Positions 39,206 through 64,000 of a DNA stretch of 64,000 bases are shown piece by piece; position 1 is the stretch's first letter, and the number at the start of each line of letters is the position of its first letter. A program made the translations under genes and the position numbers. Under the pieces are notes generated by a model that was not told the origin of the DNA, made no database searches, and saw only the letters and a program-made list of their open reading frames with translations. The stretch lies in assembly GCF_009914755.1 (NCBI RefSeq), contig NC_060943.1; one strand, written 5' to 3'. This DNA comes from the human T2T-CHM13v2.0 reference genome, Homo sapiens.

Positions 39206-39811
39206 CCAAACACACACAGCCTCCTCGTCCAGGCCTCTTGGACACCCCCTCCTATACAGACCTCCATCACCTGACACCTGATCTCCTACCTGAATATTCA
39301 GCAGTGAACAACATAGACAAGCATCACTTGATCACTTGGTGGAGACCCAGTCTGGACGAGGAGGCAGATAAACTAGAACAAACCACTGGGACTGTTAAAT
39401 TCAAGTTGTGGCAAGTGTTAGAAGAAAGGAAACTGAGTAATGTGATACTGACTAGACAGAGGTGGTGGACAGAAAGGGTCTCCCTAGAAGGTGCCATTGG
39501 ACCTAAAGGATGAGAGAGAGGTGGCCTCAGAAGAACCAGGGCTTCCCAGGCAGAAGGAACCATGTGTGCAAAGGACCTGAGGCAGAAATAGCTTGATATG
39601 AAGGAGAACCAGAAAGGAGGCCATGGTGAGTGAATGGGACAGCCAAAGAGATGAGGCTGGAAGTCTTGTGAGACCATGCTGGGAATCTGAATTTTATTCT
39701 AGGTGAGGTGAGCAGTCATAGGAACACTATTCAGCAGGATGGTGCCACAATCTGATTTCAGTTTTAAGTCCACTGTGGGTAATATATGGAGAATGAAATG
39801 TAGGGCTAAGA

Positions 39812-40200
39812 CAGGTTATATTTTCCCAGATGGCCACAATATCTCCCACCCTACATCCACTTGTACAATGTCACCTTGACATGCCTCCCATGTAGAGAGG
39901 TATAATCTGTGCCCCCTTTCCTTGAATCTGGTGGCAGAAGTGACACAGCATGACACTCAAGGCTGGGTCAGAAGAGATGCAACTTCTTCCTTGTTCACTT
40001 TTAGAGGGCTGGGTGGCTGTCTAAGAAGTCTGACTACCCCAAGACCACCATGCTGGAAGGAAACCCGAACCACACGGAGAGGCCTGTGTAGCTACCCTGG
40101 TCCACAGCCCCAGCAACAGCTGGCGTCAGTTGCAAGATCTCTGAGTGAAGACACCTCCAGATGACTCAGGACCCTGCCATTTTTTAGTCACCCTCTAGCC
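39812..40200 (+). mobile_element. MLT1G/H-like MaLR LTR (copy A)
   Basis: TATTTTCCCAGATGGCCACAATATCTCCCA...GTGAAGACACCTCCAGATGA. Confidence 0.65.
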
Positions 40201-40245
40201 TAAGTCTCCCCTGTCCAAACTGAACCACAGCATCTGTGAGCATCA

Positions 40246-41762
<1,517 letters not shown>

Positions 41763-42376
41763 ATCACGACATGGTTGTTTTACATCATTACGTTTGGGGA
41801 TGGTTTGTCAAACAGCAGTAGTAATTGGAATTTGGAGGTGAGAGAATTGAGTGGGGAAAGAGTGGCATGGGGAGACCAAGGAAGAAGCTTGGGGTGGGGT
41901 GGGTAGTGGGGACGGTCATTGAAACGAATGACACTACGGCTTGCACCAGGTTGAAGCAGTACCTGGCAAGGAGAGAGAGGATACGTGGAGGCTGCGATTT
42001 GGAGACAGACCCAGGAGAACTTCCTGGATGCCATCACCCAGAGTCCCATCCAGGGAGGGTGGGTGAGGTGGAAGACAAGGGATCGGGCCTGCGCCACGAT
42101 CGTCACGTCCCATCGAAGCTGGAGCGGATCCGGGCACCCGGAGCCCCCATTCCAACCCCTCCCGGCCCCAGGCAACTACATCTCCCAGCATCGCCCGCTC
42201 GGGCCGCGGGAAAGGGGAAAAAAAAAAAAAGTTTGGGCCAAGCATTCCCGGAATGTGCTTCCTGCTGGCGCGGGGCGGGGGGCGGGCGGGGAGGCCCGGG
42301 CGGGGCGGGGAGGGCGCGGGGCGGCGCGGCCGGAGCCCGGGGCGCGCACTCGGCTCGGCCCGGCCCGGGCCGCAGC

Positions 42377-48906
<6,530 letters not shown>

Positions 48907-49897
48907 GCCAGATGACGGGGTGGGACCCCGGTTAGTAAGGACCGGGCGCCCAGTGGCTAAGGCGGTGCCCTGGTGACCAAGGAGAGCCAGACCTGTTGCT
49001 CAGGCCGAGCTCCTGGTTGCCAGCGAGTTACCACGGGACCAGTCGCGTGTATGGCTGAGACTCATTCCCAGTTTCCAGGGCCCGGTATTTGGACACTAGT
49101 TGCCAAGTCTGGGGCCTGGGGATTTTAGGGACCAGCGGTTGTGACCATCTTTCCTGAGCACCAAGGGCTTCCCCTTTTGTTGCCAAAAAGGTAGTTCTCG
49201 CGCTTGCTAGGCTGGCCTCTCTTGCCTCCCCTTGGCCGGGGCAACACCAGTTACTGTGAGCATCACCCTGGTGTGGTGAGTCACCTCTAGTCGGCCCTCT
49301 TGCTGCTGCCAACCAAATCAGTATTAGCTTTGAGCACTGCACTGTTTCTCCCTCCCTTGGACGACACAAAGACTAGCATGAGGCACTCTTTGTGGGGGGC
49401 AGCCCCTATCCTGGGTTCCAGCATGGACACAGGGGTAGCCTGGGGCTTATAGAGAAACAGCTGGTTTCCCCTACCCTTTCCCGGGGAAGACCCCACGATT
49501 GGCCTCTAGTCAGCAAATGGAGATAACAGAGTCTGGCCTTTCCAATCCCCATCTCCTTGCCCCCCCCTTGCCCCCCCCCCCCGAAAAAAATTGAGCACTT
49601 AAACCCCTCCCTTTTGGAGGGGGCCCCCTGAAGCGTCAGGCTGGGGGCAGTCTGGTACGGAACATATTTATTGCCTCCATGCATGTGTGTGTGTGTCTGT
49701 GAGGACTGGTGTGCGTGGACACGTCTGAAGCAGGCGTGTGGGGCTCTTTCAGGGACCACAGAGGAGGGAGCAGTTTGCAGTGCCCAGCCACCCTGAAATC
49801 CCCAATAATGGTGCCTCAGTGGGCCCCAGAGTTCCAGTGGGAGAGTACGGTTCCCTCCTGTCTCCCTCTTCTTTTCCGCACCTCCATCTTTGTGGAT

Positions 49898-49907
49898 AAT
49901 AAATAAA
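49898..49907 (+). terminator. SYDE1: SYDE1 polyadenylation signal
   Basis: Overlapping AATAAATAAA ~1 kb after the stop codon. Confidence 0.85.
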
Positions 49908-49958
49908 TATGCACAGGTTCTGAGACTGAGTACTTGGGCCTACATGGGCCAGAGGTGG

Positions 49959-49964
49959 TTTATT
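49959..49964 (-). terminator. ILVBL: ILVBL polyadenylation signal
   Basis: TTTATT on + (AATAAA on -), ~230 nt after the stop codon. Confidence 0.85.
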
Positions 49965-50195
49965 CAGTCTCCATAAGAGAGGGGACAAACGGCACAGTTG
50001 GGTCCGTGAAGAGGAGGGTCCAAGAGCTCACAAGAGAGCCTCTCTGAGATTTGACCCCTCCATCCCCTCCTCAGGGAGGTTGTGGAGTCACTGGGCCTCA
50101 TGGGATAGGCCCAGGGCAAGCAATGATGAGACTCCAAACCAGCTGGACACAGTCCAGGGGCAGGAAGGCAGCCAAGCGTCCTGACCCACAAGGCC

Positions 50196-60003
<9,808 letters not shown>

Positions 60004-62454
60004 GAGGTGGTACCTAAGAGAGAAAGGGCACTTCCCAGACTTGGGCGCGACAGGGAACCTCTCCGGAAGAAATCGCGCCCCTTCTCGCAGCAGGATCCAG
60101 GGCCACGACCCTTGCCGCCAGTTTCTGTGCGGCCACGCCCCCAACCCTGCCAGACCACGCCCTTTGTGCGCCTAGGCTCGGGGTGAAGCCATGCCTCTCC
60201 GTGACAAGGTCACGCCCCTCGCGGGGCTAGCCCCAGTCCTTTACATCACCACCACTCCCACCCAAACTAGCCACCACAAGTCAAGGTGGCGACGACAGCA
60301 CCACACAGTTATCTTCCACTTACCTACTTGTCAATGGACAGGCGGAAGCCCCGCCTCTCTTTCCACAACCGGACCCCAAATCTCAGCCCCAGTAGTGAGC
60401 CCGCCCCATGTTACGTCACCAAGAGGCACGAGGTCACGCCCCCGGGTTAGCGGGCGCGACCCTCCACGCAACCCACGCCTCTCCCTTAAAGAGCGCACGG
60501 GCCCGAGCCTGATCCCCGACCCCGGGCCAGGCTGGGTCGAGGTCACATCGCATCAGGATGTGGTTCTCCCACACCAGCTCGACCCCCGACGCTATTCACC
60601 TTCACCTCCAGGATATGGCGCTGCCTCCAGCAGAATTCGGCCCCCTCCGTGTCACGTGACCCGGGAGCGTGGCCGTGCCCGGGTGGCCCACTTGGCTCAG
60701 CGGCGCCCCGTAGTCCGGCCCGATGCGCATGCGCACAGTCGGAGCCCCGCTCCGGGGCCACCCGAAAGAGCCTTGCCTCTACTGGCCGCCTCCCTCATAG
60801 ACCCCGCCTCCCCTTGCCTTTCATTGGCTCGCACTGCAGACCTCACACCCATTTTATGTTTTAAAACCAGGAGGCCACGCCCCTCAGCGGCTTCAGGAGC
60901 CCAGACCTTTGGGGGCCCACCTTCCGCAGCTTTCCATTGGCCCCACGGTGGAAGCCCGTAGGTTCAGGCCCTCCGAACACAGCTCGCTTTCCACACCAGC
61001 GGGGCCGTACCAGAGCAAGACCATGTCTCACAAAATAATAATAATACTTAAAAAATGGTAAATTTTATGTTATGTATATTTTCCACACTATAAATAAATA
61101 TTTGTGCATGTATATATATATATGTGTATATTTTTTGTATAATAGGTATAGTAGTAAGCAAAGGAAATTCACACTGAGTCACATTCTACAAAATGCCTAA
61201 CCAGACCTCTACAAAACTGTCAAGGTCATGAAAAACAAAGACTGAGGCACTGCCACAGACTAGAGGAGGGAAAGGAGCTGTGACAACTAAATTCAATATA
61301 GTACCCTGGACTGGATCCAGGAATCAAAAAAAGGACAAATTTGTGGATAAAGTTGGTGAAATCCAAATAAAGTTTGGAGTTGAGTTAGTAGTAATGAACC
61401 AGTGTTAATCTTTTTGTTTCAGTAAATGTATTATGGTTATATAAGATGTTAGCATTCAGGGAAGCTGGATAAAGAGTAGACAAAAATTATCTTGCTATCT
61501 TTGCAGCTTTTCTGTAAAGCTAAAAAAGAAAAAAAAAGTCTTAATAACAAGGATACAATTTTCCAGAGAGAGAGAAAGATGTTGTAATAGATGTAAATTC
61601 TTTCTTGGGAGACAAAGCTTTAACATGCTCCAAGACTAATTATCTGACCAATCTCTCCCCAGATAAAGAAAGATTGTCACTAGGCAAATGTCCAAAAAGC
61701 TTCTCAGCCGAAAGCTGGATTATTCAACAGTCCCTGAAACAAATATACACAGAGGACAAGTGATTTTTTTAAAAAGGGAAACAAGCCTGGCATGGTGGTC
61801 CATGTGTGTAATCCCAGCACTTTGGGAGGCCAAGACAGGAGGATCGCTTGAGGCCAGGAATTTGAGACCAACCGGGGCCAAAAAGTGAGACCCAGTCTCT
61901 CCAAAAAACAAACAAACTTAGCCAGGAGAATCGCTTGAACCCGGGAGGTGGAGGTTGCGGTGAGCTGAGATCACGCCATTGCACTCCAGCCTGGGAAACA
62001 GAGCAAGACTCTGTCTAAAAAAAATTTTTTTTAAAAGAAAAAAAATTAGCTGAGTATGGTGGCACGTGCTTGTTATCCCTTTTGCTTGGGAGGTTGAGAA
62101 GGGAGGATTGCTTGAACCCAAGAGGTTGTGTCTACAGTGAGCTGTGATCGTGCCACTGCACTCCAGCTGGGGCAACAGAGCAAGACCCTGTCTCTAAAAA
62201 AAAAGGGGTGGGTGTGGGGCAGGGGAGGAAACAAATACCATGTATCTAAATTGATCGAAATTTAAAGAGAAGTGCAACAAATTATTGAGTTAGAGGGATA
62301 CAGTAAGGGCCTCTCTTAGGACAAGCAGAAGGACTCTCTAAGGAGGTGACAGTTGAGCAGAGAGACCAGGAGGAAGTGAGGACATGGGCCCCACAAGGAT
62401 CTGGAGAAAGAGTAATCCAGGTAGAGAAGATGGCACATGCAAAGGCCCTGAGGT

Positions 62455-63212
62455 GTTTTATTAATTTCCTTTGATGGCCATAACACATTACCACAAATTG
62501 GGTGGCTTGAAACAACAGGAATTAATTCTCTTACACTTCTGGAGGCCAGAAATTCAGCATGGAGGCATCAGTGGGGCCATACACTCTCTCGAGATCTTTG
62601 GGGAGGATCCTTACCTTCTCCAACTTCAAGAGGCTCCAGGCATTCTTTGGCTTATGGCTGCGTCACTCCAATTTCTCCGTATATCTTCAGATGGCCTTAT
62701 TCCCTGTGCCTGCATCTCCTTCTGTATCTTTTTTTTTTTTTTTTTTTGAGACGGAGTCTCACTCTTTCGCCCAGGCTGGAGTGCAGTGGCGCAATCTCGG
62801 CTAGCTGTAACCTCCACCTCCTAGGTTCAGGCAATTCTCCTGCCTCAGCCTCCTGAGTAGCTGGGATTACAGGCACACACCACAACACCCGGCTAAATTT
62901 TTTTGTATTTTTAGTAGAGATGGGGTTTCACCATATTCACCAGAGTGGTCTCGAACTCCTGACCTCAGGCAATCCGCCTGCCTCAGCCTCCCAAAGTGCT
63001 GGGATTACAGGCATGAGCCATCCGGCCCGGCCCTCCTCCTCTACGTCTTATAAGGATACTTGTCATTGCATTTAGGGACCACCCTCATCCAGGATAGGCT
63101 CATCTTGAGACCCCTCACTTAACTACTTCTGCAAAAACACATTTTCCAAGTTAGGTCACATTTGCACGTTCTGAATGTACATTTTAGGGTCTGTCATTCA
63201 ACTCATTACAAA
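62455..63212 (-). mobile_element. MLT1-family LTR with an Alu inserted
   Basis: GGCCATAACACATTACCACAAATTGGGTGGCTTGAAACAACAG...TTTTCCAAGTTAGGTCACATT. Confidence 0.7.
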
Positions 63213-63713
63213 TGGGATGGGCTTTGCATGTGCAGAGAAAGTCAGGAAAGCCAGGATAGCTAGAAGGAAGAGAGCAGAGGAGGCAGGGAGGAGACGCTAT
63301 CAAAGGCTGGACAAAGGCCAGACAGGTATGATTTTACAGACTGCATGAGGACTGCAAATTTTATTCTAAGTGAATTGGAAAGCCAGAGAGGATTTTGAAC
63401 AATATGCAACCACACACAATCTGCACATGATTATTCATAGGTGCTTTAGTTGCAATAGCTGAAAACTGGAAAAAATAACAAAAAACAACAAAAAAAATAT
63501 CCCTTAAGAGAGGAATGGTTAAACAAACTGTGATTCACCCATACCATGAAACACTGCTCAGCAATAAAGAGGGCAAACTACTAAAACACGACAGGCCAGG
63601 TGCAGTGGCTCACGCTTGTAATCCCAGCACTTTGGGAGGCTGAGGCGGGTGGATCACCTGAGGTCAGGTGTTCAAGACCAGCCAGACCAACATGGTGAAA
63701 CCCCGCTCTACTA

Positions 63714-64000
<287 letters not shown>

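Noticed and set aside
60936-60947. ERSE-II-like ATTGG..CCACG upstream of ILVBL
   Set aside because: Spacer is 2 nt rather than the 1 nt of the ERSE-II consensus.
60191-60961. 256-aa ORF antisense to the ILVBL promoter
   Set aside because: Pro/Arg-rich low-complexity reading of a CpG island with no domain signal.
61050-61520. Similarity to 1810-2680
   Set aside because: Both are old L1M 3' ends at low identity, consistent with independent insertions.

Overview
Human (primate) genomic DNA, recognisable as the OR1I1-SYDE1-ILVBL (HACL2) locus of 19p13. The first ~41.8 kb is extremely Alu/L1/LTR-dense and holds one intact olfactory receptor gene (OR1I1, + strand, 355 aa) with a likely promoter and first exon ~4.8 kb upstream. 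SYDE1 (RhoGAP, + strand, 8 coding exons, 735 aa) and ILVBL (ThDP-dependent lyase, - strand, 15 coding exons, 632 aa) are convergent with abutting poly(A) sites; both CDSs were reassembled by hand with GT-AG junctions and consistent phase. Most listed ORFs are Alu or GC-rich noise. I see no convincing wholly new biological system. Best leads: an OR1I1 C-terminal tail, stop codon and AATAAA apparently donated by a LINE-2; an in-frame upstream ATG in the putative OR1I1 first exon; loss of several conserved OR residues; five local templated duplications within ~28 kb; in-frame stop-free introns in SYDE1 (one a minisatellite with cryptic acceptors); and a repeated RFX X-box + CCAAT module in SYDE1 intron 7 that looks like an internal promoter or enhancer. 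Repeat family names are from memory of consensus sequences, not from a search.
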